Source: Nemertoderma westbladi (Eukaryota > Animalia > Xenacoelomorpha). From it: a stretch of DNA of 34,594 nt. A program made the translations under genes and the position numbers. Within the stretch, counting starts at the first letter, position 1; each line of letters starts with the position of its first letter. Below, piece after piece: positions 20,846-30,175 of this stretch. The stretch is taken from positions 1-34,594 of the forward strand of contig JAUCBJ010004644.1 of the NCBI GenBank assembly GCA_032718475.1, written 5' to 3'. Under the pieces are notes generated by a model. It was not told the DNA's origin, searched no databases, and saw only the letters and a program-made list of their open reading frames with translations.

Positions 20846-23800
20846 ATGTCTTTAAAACCACCCAAACAATGGAGTCTGACCGAAAATGAGACTATTTCGT
20901 CATTTAACAACTGGCGCCAGAACATATTATTTCAACTTTCTACCTCGGATGAGTTCTCTCAGTTCCTTGATACATCATGGGGTGCTCAATTTACAACTAC
21001 AAACCGTGGTCTGACAGATGACCCAACTTCTGCCACACCAAGAAGATCTGCGGAAATGAATTCTCAGGCTGATGTGGCCCGTGTTTCTGCCAATATGGCT
21101 CAAATTGACGTTGCTAGCTCTTCTTCCTTTCGCCGCAATCCTTATCCCCAGCAAAACAAAATGCCTTTTCGTGGTTCAAATAAATCATTCCGGCAATCTG
21201 GATATCGTTCAAGCTCACAAACTTCTAAATCATGTTCATTTTGTAAGGCTTGTTCCAAACCTCATTTGGGACATGATATATCATCGTGTTGGGCTCTTTC
21301 CCGCTCTGATCGGTTGGGGCTAATGAAGGCCCTTGCTGTTGAAGTGTATGATGAGGAAGAACAAGATCCAGATGAATTTCCTGCTGATGACTCCATTACA
21401 GCACAATGTGTAACATCACCCACTGCTTTTAGAGTACAGTGTATGACCTCACCATATTTCTTTGCTTTTTTCAAATCTATACCATGCAGGGTTACAATTG
21501 ATACTGGTGCCACATCTAATCTTGTTTCTATGGCATTTGTCATGTCAGCCGGTATTACATTTTCCAGATCGGTACAAAGTGCTCGACAACTTGATAAATC
21601 ACTAATCAAGACTGTTGGTGAGGTTCACATCTCCCTATCATATGGAGGAATTGACCTCCAACTCGAAGCTCTAGTTTGTGAGTCTATGGATACTGATATC
21701 TTAGGAGGGGTTCCTTTCTGTGTTCAGAATGGTATAGAGGTAAATTTGGCTCGCCAGGAAATCAATTTGAAAGGTAAACTTATCACTTATGGTTCCAGAG
21801 CTGAAAATTTCAGCAACATTAGATTCCTTCAACAATGTGTGCGAAATCCTAAATCGACAACAATATTTCCTGGTGATTTTCTTGAAGTCACCAGTGATTC
21901 ATTATCCAATTTCAATGGAGAAGTAGCTGTCGAACCTCGATTTGATTCCCCTCTAAGTGGTTCGTGGCCATCTCCAATAATTACCCGTGTGATTGAGGGA
22001 GCCATCCGGATTCCGAACCATTCTGAGGTACCAATCAATCTTAAAAAGGCTCAACATATTGCCCAGATACAACCTGTTGTATCTTCAGATTTTAAGTTTG
22101 AAGCACCATTCACTCCAGCTCCAATGTTAGAATTTCCTTCCGATATGTCATTTTCTTCTACTGTTGTCCTAGATCCTGATAATCAACTCACAAGTATACA
22201 GAAAGAACAATTTCAAAGATTATTGGTCAAGTATGACTCTGTATTCAATCCTGACATTGGCGCCTATAATGATAATAGTGGTTGTATTCGTGCAAATATT
22301 AATTTAGGTCCTGTTCTCCCCCCCTCTACTAAGGGCAGGATTCCCTTTTATAATAATTCCAATCTTTCTCTACTACAGGAAGAAGCTGACAAATTGGAGC
22401 GTCTTGGTGTATTGGTTAAACCTGAAGATGTTGGAATTATTCCCCAATGTGTGTCTCCTAGTTTTCTGGTTAATAAGCCTGATGGAGGTAAGCGATTTGT
22501 AACTGCTTTCAACAACATTGCTCAGTTCACTAGAATGATTCCAGGCACTGTCACAAAATGTGATGATGTTCTTCGTAATATTTCTTCTTTTAAATACCTG
22601 ATTAAAACAGATTTGACCAAAAGTTTCTTCCAAATAAAGGTGTCTAAATCATCAATGCCTTATTTAGGTACAGTTACTCCATACAAGGGAATTCGTCTTT
22701 ATGCTAGAGCTGCTATGGGCATGCCTGGTTCGTCGGAATGGCTCGATGAAGTTGTATCTCGTGTTTTTGGTGATCTATTACAGCAAGGGAAAGTTGTTAA
22801 GTTGGCGGATGATCTCTATACAGGAGGAGATAGCATTGATGATTTGGTTATCAACTTTGAAAACATTCTTGAGCGTCTTTCTAATAATAACCTTCGACTT
22901 TCTAGTTCAAAGACAGTTATTGCTCCAAAGTCAACTACTATTCTCGGTTGGATATGGAGGGGCGGTTCCATATCAGTCAGCTGTCACAAAATTACCCCTC
23001 TAGTTGTCATGTCACCTCCATCTACATGTACAGCAATGAAATCATTCCTGGGAGCTTGTCAGGATGTATCCAGGTGTATAGAAGGTTACTCCTCTTTATT
23101 GGCTCCCCTTGAGGATAGTATTAAGGGTTTGAAAGGTAATGAGAAATTATCTTGGTCTCCAGAATTGCAGTCTGCTTTTAAGAAAGTCCAGGATACACTA
23201 CGTTCACCTAATACCATAACTATACCTACAAAAAGTGACCGGCTTGTTATTTCTGTTGACGCTGCCTGTAAAGTTTCCAATAAAGGTTTAGGGGCTACTC
23301 TGTTCGTGGTCCGCGGGGATAAAAAACATATTGGCGGATTTTACAGCTTCAAATTGCGTGACCATCAGACAAAGTGGCTTCCCTGTGAGGTCGAGGCCCT
23401 GGCCATTGGCTCTGCTGCTCAACATTGGAGGTCTCTTATTTGCAATAGTATACATACTACTCAGATTCTAACTGATAGCCGTCCTTGTGTTGATGCTTGG
23501 AAGAAACTATGCCGTGGTGAATTTTCCTCTTCAGCCCGAGTGTCCACTTTTCTTACCATTCTAAGTTCACTTAATATTAGTGTTTGTCACATTAAGGGTG
23601 TCAACAACTCTGTTAGCGATTATCAGTCTAGAAACCCCGCAATCTGCACTTATCCCAATTGTCAGATTTGTAAATTCGTCTCAGATACAGTGGATTCTGT
23701 TGTTTATGATATCTCTATATCTGATGTTCTAGCTGGAAGAATACATATGCCATATTTAAATAATACCTCATGGCGTGCTGCCCAACATGCATGTCCTGTT

Positions 23801-25267
23801 CTTCGCAAGGCATACATCCACTTGAAGAATGGATCTAAACCGCTAAGAAAGCACAAAGGAGGACGTGATCTTAAGGAATATCTTCGCATCGCATCGATTA
23901 GCAGCTCTTCTGATTTGATTGTCATTCGGAAACATGACCCATTTGTACATTCCAGAGACCTTACTGTTGTACCTAAGGATATCTCTGTGGGACTGCTCAC
24001 TGCTTTACATACACTCTTCAGCCACCCTTCCAAACATCAGATGGTTTTATTGTTTAATCGTTACTATTTTGCTATTGGTTCCACTAAGACAATCCAAGAC
24101 ATCGTAGACAATTGCGAAGTTTGTAATGCACTCAAGAAGGTTCCCCATGAATTAATTGAAGAAACTAGCTCTTCATCTCCGGATCAAGTTTTCCAAAAGC
24201 TTGCTGCCGATGTCATCCGCAGAAATCGTCAGAAGATACTTGTAGTCAGAGATATCTTATCCAGCTATACTGTAGCATCAATTATTCCAAGTGAACAAGC
24301 AACAGACCTTCGAGCTTCTATTATCACATCTATACTCCCCTTGAAATTCAAGATGTCAAAGGTTCGTGTTGATTGTTTCTCTTCCTTAAAATGTCTTGAA
24401 AATGATCCCCTTCTTGTCCAACATGGAATTCATCTAGAGTTTGGGAGAGTTAAAAACATAAATAAGAATCCAGTTGGTGAAAAGGCAATACAGGAACTTG
24501 AATCTGAGTTACTTCGACAGGACCCCGCTGGTGGACCAGTCACCCCACCTTCATTAACAGTATGTGTAGAAATGTTGAATTCCAGAATTCGAAGCCGCGG
24601 CTTATCTGCTAAAGAGATATTATATGGCAGAGATCAGGTTTCAGGTGAACGTTTGAATTTCAATGACCATGACCTTGCTGCTTCTCTTGATGAAGAAAAA
24701 TCTCGTAATCATGGTTACAGTGCCAAATGCAAGGCTCGAGGTTGCCTTCCCGCTGAAAAGGCTAATGTTCGTGAGGGTCACTTGGTTTACATTAAATCTG
24801 AAGGGTCAAAACTCCATGGTCGTGATAGGTATATTGTTATAAAAATCGATAAGAACATGGCTACACTTCAGAAGCTCCATGGTAATCGATTTGGCTCTCT
24901 TCAGTATGAAGTGCCATTAACGTCCATATTTCCCACCAATCAGGCATTTGATTGGGATCTCCATCAGATTTCATCTTCTTCCGATAATGAGTCTAGCTGT
25001 GATGACATTACTGTTCCTAAAATAAATGAACATTTCCCATGTGATGTTGATGAGAAAGCAACTATTCCAAAAGAGGTATTACGGAGATCAGGTCGTACCC
25101 GTAAAGAACCCGAAAGACTGGGTGTTTCTATGGACAACAATCTGGATTATAGTTCGGATAACCTCGATAACCTTCTCGAACCATGGTGTCCTGGGTGGAC
25201 AAAGGAGGACTATAAGGGCTATGCTGATATGAAATCTAAGAAGAATGAAGGAAAAAAAGATAATTAG
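20846..25267 (+). CDS. Retrotransposon Gag-Pol polyprotein, 1473 aa
   Basis: Zn knuckle CSFC..H..C, protease IDTGA, RT (KTDLTKSFFQI, MGMPGS, KLADD), RNase H (SVDA, EVEALAI, LTDS, SDYQSR), integrase HHCC (LHTLFSHP..CEVC) and DDE core. Confidence 0.93.
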   Translation: MSLKPPKQWSLTENETISSFNNWRQNILFQLSTSDEFSQFLDTSWGAQFTTTNRGLTDDPTSATPRRSAEMNSQADVARVSANMAQIDVASSSSFRRNPYPQQNKMPFRGSNKSFRQSGYRSSSQTSKSCSFCKACSKPHLGHDISSCWALSRSDRLGLMKALAVEVYDEEEQDPDEFPADDSITAQCVTSPTAFRVQCMTSPYFFAFFKSIPCRVTIDTGATSNLVSMAFVMSAGITFSRSVQSARQLDKSLIKTVGEVHISLSYGGIDLQLEALVCESMDTDILGGVPFCVQNGIEVNLARQEINLKGKLITYGSRAENFSNIRFLQQCVRNPKSTTIFPGDFLEVTSDSLSNFNGEVAVEPRFDSPLSGSWPSPIITRVIEGAIRIPNHSEVPINLKKAQHIAQIQPVVSSDFKFEAPFTPAPMLEFPSDMSFSSTVVLDPDNQLTSIQKEQFQRLLVKYDSVFNPDIGAYNDNSGCIRANINLGPVLPPSTKGRIPFYNNSNLSLLQEEADKLERLGVLVKPEDVGIIPQCVSPSFLVNKPDGGKRFVTAFNNIAQFTRMIPGTVTKCDDVLRNISSFKYLIKTDLTKSFFQIKVSKSSMPYLGTVTPYKGIRLYARAAMGMPGSSEWLDEVVSRVFGDLLQQGKVVKLADDLYTGGDSIDDLVINFENILERLSNNNLRLSSSKTVIAPKSTTILGWIWRGGSISVSCHKITPLVVMSPPSTCTAMKSFLGACQDVSRCIEGYSSLLAPLEDSIKGLKGNEKLSWSPELQSAFKKVQDTLRSPNTITIPTKSDRLVISVDAACKVSNKGLGATLFVVRGDKKHIGGFYSFKLRDHQTKWLPCEVEALAIGSAAQHWRSLICNSIHTTQILTDSRPCVDAWKKLCRGEFSSSARVSTFLTILSSLNISVCHIKGVNNSVSDYQSRNPAICTYPNCQICKFVSDTVDSVVYDISISDVLAGRIHMPYLNNTSWRAAQHACPVLRKAYIHLKNGSKPLRKHKGGRDLKEYLRIASISSSSDLIVIRKHDPFVHSRDLTVVPKDISVGLLTALHTLFSHPSKHQMVLLFNRYYFAIGSTKTIQDIVDNCEVCNALKKVPHELIEETSSSSPDQVFQKLAADVIRRNRQKILVVRDILSSYTVASIIPSEQATDLRASIITSILPLKFKMSKVRVDCFSSLKCLENDPLLVQHGIHLEFGRVKNINKNPVGEKAIQELESELLRQDPAGGPVTPPSLTVCVEMLNSRIRSRGLSAKEILYGRDQVSGERLNFNDHDLAASLDEEKSRNHGYSAKCKARGCLPAEKANVREGHLVYIKSEGSKLHGRDRYIVIKIDKNMATLQKLHGNRFGSLQYEVPLTSIFPTNQAFDWDLHQISSSSDNESSCDDITVPKINEHFPCDVDEKATIPKEVLRRSGRTRKEPERLGVSMDNNLDYSSDNLDNLLEPWCPGWTKEDYKGYADMKSKKNEGKKDN

Positions 25268-25272
25268 GACAG
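25238..25272 (+). promoter_or_regulatory. Purine-rich tract (PPT region) overlapping the end of the pol ORF
   Basis: AAGAAGAATGAAGGAAAAAAAGA...AGGACAG directly before the 3' LTR. Confidence 0.55.
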
Positions 25273-25572
25273 CGCCATACATTCGCTATGTATATTGTAA
25301 ACTCAATGAATTATATTATTCGAACTCTATTAGCTATTACTTTTTGTATTCGTCATACAGCTGTTAGGACTCTTATAAACTTAAACTATACAGCTGTTAG
25401 GACTATTGGTGGTGGTTAGGTTGACTAATATTATGTGCTCTTTATTGATGAGTTTTATTATTATTATTTTTGTGTCTAAAGTAAAATATAATTTATTAGT
25501 TTTGGAAATTATTTGTGTGATTTATTTGGGTTAGATGAGGGACTGAACGCTGGCCGTGCTTAACTTCTTGCG
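25273..25572 (+). repeat. 3' LTR (300 bp)
   Basis: Direct repeat of 20357-20656. Confidence 0.93.
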
Positions 25573-26198
25573 TTGGAAAATTTCTAAACTTTTTCCAGAC
25601 TACATGTGAACCAAGTTTGGATAGATTTCATCGATATTTGGCCGAGTTATTAACGTTTAAAACTAGACACGACAGAACAACAGACACCGATTGAGTTAGT
25701 GGTACCTGTATGCTAAGCTCGCGGCGCTCGGCTACAAATAAGGAGTGGGAAATTTAAAATGCAATCAATTAATGTATTCTCCCATGTCTGCATGTACTGT
25801 GCTACCGTGCAGCTAGGAGTACAGGAGTAACTCAGCCACTACAGTTAGTTACTATCAATTCAGCAACTTCAGACTTCAGCTTACTTGCCGACAAGCTACA
25901 CTGTACAACAGTACTGCAGTATATAGATATCGCAAAGTGAACATTGTCTATTAATACAAAAATATCCTAGAGTTTGTATTATGTAGGCCCTACCGCCTAC
26001 CTGCCTGCTGCCTACCCCTGTACCCTACAGCTACAAAGATATTTTAAAGTTAATATTACAGTATTATCTTTCCAATTTATCTTATTACTGCCAGACTGTG
26101 TTATTATATCTTGTGAGAGTGTTAAAGTAAAAGTAACAGCCGACTGACTGAACTATAGGAGTAACATTCATCCAATCGAAATATTGCAGTATTGTAAT

Positions 26199-29100
26199 AT
26201 GGGTTTGTCTTTTTTACCAGTCAGCTACGAAGCATTTACGCTTGTCCAATCCGGCAATGTTAACAGACTAAACGAACTGAGTGCTGTTGAGGTTCGAGCA
26301 ATCCTTCCCTACCTGGTGCGAACCACGTTGTGCGTACCAATGGACGATACGGCTTCCTGGGACTCGACTAGAGAGAAAATTCTAGAAACTCTAGTATCCA
26401 TGGAGCCGGTGAATAATATCGTCGCGTTTCTTAGCGTTGACTATCACATGTTGGAGCAAGATACTAAGAAAGAACTCTATTTGAAACAGAAACAGGGGAT
26501 AGACAGCATCCTCAAATCGGATTCGGTAAATAGTGGAAGTGAATCGTGTATTATGGAGTTCGAGCGGGGTGATTACATACACAAACTACGACTTATACAA
26601 CGGGAGGCGATTATATTAACCCTGATGGGGAAGCGAGTCGACTTACAGACGTACGAGAACGAGTTGTTAGACAGTCTGGTCTACCAGGAAGAGGTCTCCG
26701 ATAGTCTGTGTATCTGCCAAGCGGAGTTGCCGACAGTGCTGGCGATGGAGCAACTCGTTGAAGGTTTACTCCGTCTCGCAGACGGAGCAGTTTATATCAG
26801 TCGACTGGTCGCCAACTCCCCGGATGTGTTCCGTAAGGTTGTCGCGGCGTTGGTTGCGAACGCCGAGCCCCAGAGCGGTGAGGACGAGCTGCTGACGCGG
26901 CGTAGAAGCGACGCCATCCGATGTTTGTGTCGGATGAACCCGTCAGAACGACTCACTGTACGGGATTCCTGTGTGCAGAAACGTAAACTCGCTTCGCTCG
27001 TTATTCTCCTCTCGTTGGACCACCGCGACTCTGTGGATCTAGTCGGGTTCATATCCGGGCTACTCCTCGGGTCCGCGGTAGAAACTCGCCAGTGGTTCTG
27101 TAATTACATCCGCGGAGCCCAGAAGGGGAAGCCCTCGCCCTCGGGCGCCCACGAACACCCGCCCACCGCAGTCGCTGCTCTCGCTTCCCGACTCGTCGAC
27201 GAGTTGACTTCGCTAACTTCCTCCCTGTCGCTTCACGGTTCCGCGCTACTCGCCGCCGTATCGGTACTGCGTCTCTACGCCTCACTTCGTGGATTCGCCA
27301 ACTGGCGTTTCCCGGATACCGAAGCGAACCTTCTGTTTACCCTCGCTACCATGGCAACCGACCCCTCTCCCGCCGTAGATCGCTTCATCTCGGTTTCTCT
27401 CGCCTTCCTCCTCGCTTGTCCCTTCGTTATTAACACGACGGCGCAAGAACGCGCCACCGTAGTGTGGCTACGCGAACTCATTATCCGCAGCTCCGCCACC
27501 GGCCATATGCTCCTCCTATTGGCTATCCATTTCCATAGCAACCACACGACCAGTATAGTGGAACTTATCTGCTCGACTTTGGGAATGCGGATTCCTGTGC
27601 GAACCGCCTCGTTGGCTCGACTCAAAACGATGTTCACGGTGAGCGTGTTCACCGAGTCGGTGATCGCCTCGCACGCGGTGACGGTGCCCTCGACCGGTCC
27701 ACTCACCGCCCATCGCCACTCACTCCTACCCATACACTGTATGCTCCAACTACTGCGCAGCCGCACGTTCGCGCGTCACGGCGTCGCCATACAGCCCTGG
27801 ATCTACGCGCAGATCAACCAATCACGACGGCCGCTTCACCCGCTGCTGACGCCCCTTATCGACGCGTTCGTGAACTCGGTTCTCGGCTCCCGGAAGGCCG
27901 GCTCCCACGCCTTCCGTCAGGCCTTCACTGAAGGACAGATCGAGAGCACGGTTCGCTGCTACACCGCTGGGGGCGCCCTAACCCCCGCCCTACTCATTCT
28001 CTACTACTGCCTCCTTTACAAGGAGGTCCTCCAGACTAACGCCCGTTACTACCTAGACCTTTCGGTTGCCCCGGTTACCTACTCCCCCCGGCTCTACTCC
28101 TCGCTCCCCATTAAACTCCTACTCGGCCAGATAAAGGCGCAGCAACACGACTACAGCAACCTGTACCCGCCCACCCTGCGGTTGCTAAGCAAACACTACC
28201 CCGATCTGTGTCTCGTGTTGCCATGGTCCAAGGGATGCCATGGCAACACGGTGGACGGCGGGCCGCCCTCACCGGAGGAGCTGGAAGCGGCGCTAGGGGG
28301 CGCCAACCCGCCGCTAGGGAGCGCCAACCCGCCGCTATGGGGCGCCAACCCTCCGCTGGGGGGCGCCAACCCCACTAGGGCTCTACTCGCCCTCCAGGGA
28401 GCGCTACTGGCTCCCAACCCCGAGCCCTACCGCCCTGCGTTGCTACGCAACCTACGACGCGCACTGGTCGCCGGGACGCCCCGTCGTCTGGCCGACTCTA
28501 TGTGCGACTTGTGGCGCCGTCTGTACGCGGGGTTCCCCCGTCGCACCGGTGCCGACACGGTAAACGCCCTCCGCGTCGCGTCCCACACCTACTCCCAAGA
28601 GGATCTCACCCGGGACCCGTTGGTGGTCCTCAGCGTCGCACCGCCGGTGTTCCGGTGCCCTCCCTTACTCTCCTGTCTGCTTACCGTTCTCGAGGCTTCG
28701 CTCACCAGCTCCGACGTGCAGTTCGCCTCCCACTGCCAACTCAACCCCGTTGCCGAGGTAACCGGGGGGCTTCCCTCTAGCGATGACGTCATACTAACCG
28801 GCGCCACCAATGGCGCCTCCAAGGTTAGTTCCGAGCAGGAACGTGAGGAACTGCGTTCAGCGCTTAGTCTCGCAACCTATTCCGCGTCGATTCAGTTACT
28901 ACTGGAGGCGTGTCTCCCGGGTCCCGAGTGCGGCGCATCGCCGCTAGAGGCGCAGGGCGCCCAGCAGCTGACTGACCCCCAGGATGGGCGCCCCGACGCC
29001 CACCAGCTGACTAACCCCCAGGATGGGCGACCCAACGCCCACCAGCTGAGTGACCCCCAGGATGGGCGACCCAACGCCCACCAGCTGACTGACCCCCAGG

Positions 29101-29720
29101 ATGGGCGACCCAACGCCCACCAGCTGACTGACCTCCGCGAGGTTCAGGGCATCGTCTGCTCCTTCATTCACCAGCGGTTTATCGCGCAACCGATGCTCGC
29201 TAAACTCATCCACTTCCAGGGCTACTCCTCGGCGCTCCTCCCCGTTACAGTTCCCGGCATCGCCTCCATGCACATCTGCCTCGACTTCATCCCTGAGCTA
29301 CTGGGCCAACCCCATCCGGACAAACAGCTGTTCGGCATTCAACTGATCTCCCATCTGTGCGTCCAGTACGCGCTGCCCACCAGTCTCTCGGCCGCCCGTC
29401 TCGCCATCAACGTCTGCTCCACCCTCCTCACCGTTCTCACCTCTTCCTCGCGTCCGCAGTTCTTCACCTCCGCTCTCCCCGCTCTCGCTCGCATGTGCGA
29501 CGCCTTTCCGGTTCTCTGCTCCGACGTTACTTCCCTCCTCCTCCAACTCGGCCAGATAACCACCGCGGATATCGCCGATCGGCGACGGGGTGGCGTCCTA
29601 GCGCCATCTAGAGGCGAATACGCGTCCCAATTAGATAATAGTAGCGCCCTCTTGCAACAAGTTAAGGAAATATTTAGTGACATTCTGGACTCGGCCATTA
29701 TTAATAAAATTGGTAGATGA
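26199..29720 (+). CDS. INTS2: Integrator complex subunit 2, ~1173 aa, single-exon CDS
   Basis: VNNIVAFLSVDYHMLEQD, LLLLAIHFHSN, LLPIHCMLQLLRSRTF, DPLVVL..VFRCPP, LAKLIHFQGY and VPGIASMHICLDFIPELL are INTS2 signatures; first ATG at 26199. Confidence 0.92.
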   Translation: MGLSFLPVSYEAFTLVQSGNVNRLNELSAVEVRAILPYLVRTTLCVPMDDTASWDSTREKILETLVSMEPVNNIVAFLSVDYHMLEQDTKKELYLKQKQGIDSILKSDSVNSGSESCIMEFERGDYIHKLRLIQREAIILTLMGKRVDLQTYENELLDSLVYQEEVSDSLCICQAELPTVLAMEQLVEGLLRLADGAVYISRLVANSPDVFRKVVAALVANAEPQSGEDELLTRRRSDAIRCLCRMNPSERLTVRDSCVQKRKLASLVILLSLDHRDSVDLVGFISGLLLGSAVETRQWFCNYIRGAQKGKPSPSGAHEHPPTAVAALASRLVDELTSLTSSLSLHGSALLAAVSVLRLYASLRGFANWRFPDTEANLLFTLATMATDPSPAVDRFISVSLAFLLACPFVINTTAQERATVVWLRELIIRSSATGHMLLLLAIHFHSNHTTSIVELICSTLGMRIPVRTASLARLKTMFTVSVFTESVIASHAVTVPSTGPLTAHRHSLLPIHCMLQLLRSRTFARHGVAIQPWIYAQINQSRRPLHPLLTPLIDAFVNSVLGSRKAGSHAFRQAFTEGQIESTVRCYTAGGALTPALLILYYCLLYKEVLQTNARYYLDLSVAPVTYSPRLYSSLPIKLLLGQIKAQQHDYSNLYPPTLRLLSKHYPDLCLVLPWSKGCHGNTVDGGPPSPEELEAALGGANPPLGSANPPLWGANPPLGGANPTRALLALQGALLAPNPEPYRPALLRNLRRALVAGTPRRLADSMCDLWRRLYAGFPRRTGADTVNALRVASHTYSQEDLTRDPLVVLSVAPPVFRCPPLLSCLLTVLEASLTSSDVQFASHCQLNPVAEVTGGLPSSDDVILTGATNGASKVSSEQEREELRSALSLATYSASIQLLLEACLPGPECGASPLEAQGAQQLTDPQDGRPDAHQLTNPQDGRPNAHQLSDPQDGRPNAHQLTDPQDGRPNAHQLTDLREVQGIVCSFIHQRFIAQPMLAKLIHFQGYSSALLPVTVPGIASMHICLDFIPELLGQPHPDKQLFGIQLISHLCVQYALPTSLSAARLAINVCSTLLTVLTSSSRPQFFTSALPALARMCDAFPVLCSDVTSLLLQLGQITTADIADRRRGGVLAPSRGEYASQLDNSSALLQQVKEIFSDILDSAIINKIGR
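28291..28380 (+). repeat. In-frame 21-bp tandem repeat x4 in INTS2 (GANPPLG)
   Basis: GGCGCCAACCCGCCGCTAGGG units. Confidence 0.9.
28958..29133 (+). repeat. In-frame 39-bp tandem repeat x4.5 in INTS2 (QLTDPQDGRPNAH)
   Basis: Units start at 28965, 29004, 29043, 29082 and 29121 (partial). Confidence 0.92.
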
Positions 29721-30040
29721 TAATAATTGGCCAAAAGGTCAAACAAAAGCGAGTTTCTAGTTTGAGTTGATTGGCAATATTTTAGATGCGGTTTATAAAT
29801 GTATTTAAAACATTCCAATTTGCTCCTTCTGCCTGGTAAATTGGAAGTGCACTTTATAATATTTATCAATGATCGGAAATGGAAATATTATGTAATTCCG
29901 TAGAGACAGATATTTATTATGTATAACTTTATATGATAGATGACTTTATACGGCGGGTGAGAATGCAAAGAGGGGGTTAGGGGGGGTATTAATGATAATC
30001 TTGTTATATTAGTGGTTATCATCACATGTAGGTTGGCGGT

Positions 30041-30175
30041 GGGACTTTCGACCCAATTAAAATTATCCAGGGGAAATTCACCTACGCAAATAACAGCTGA
30101 TTACTCCCAAAAATAAAATTTATCCCATTCTATTGTTTATTGTTTTGGTTAGAATAACGTGCCATTGGAAAATTT
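30041..30175 (+). repeat. Copy of the dispersed MITE-like family
   Basis: CCAGGGGAAATT..CGCAAATAACAGCTG..TTCTATTGTTTATTGTTTTGGTTAGAATAACGTGCCA, similar to 14431-14530 and 33616-33706. Confidence 0.65.

Larger units (their letters stand above)
20357..25572 (+). mobile_element. Gypsy-like LTR retrotransposon with both LTRs, CG...CG termini and a 3-bp TSD (TTG); Troyka-like
   Basis: Two 300-bp LTRs, TTG at 20354-20356 and 25573-25575, TGG-initiated PBS, purine tract, single gag-pol ORF in PR-RT-RH-IN order. Confidence 0.92.

Noticed and set aside
26184-26198. TTG start of the INTS2 ORF given in the track
   Set aside because: Eukaryotic gene; the in-frame ATG at 26199 is the plausible start
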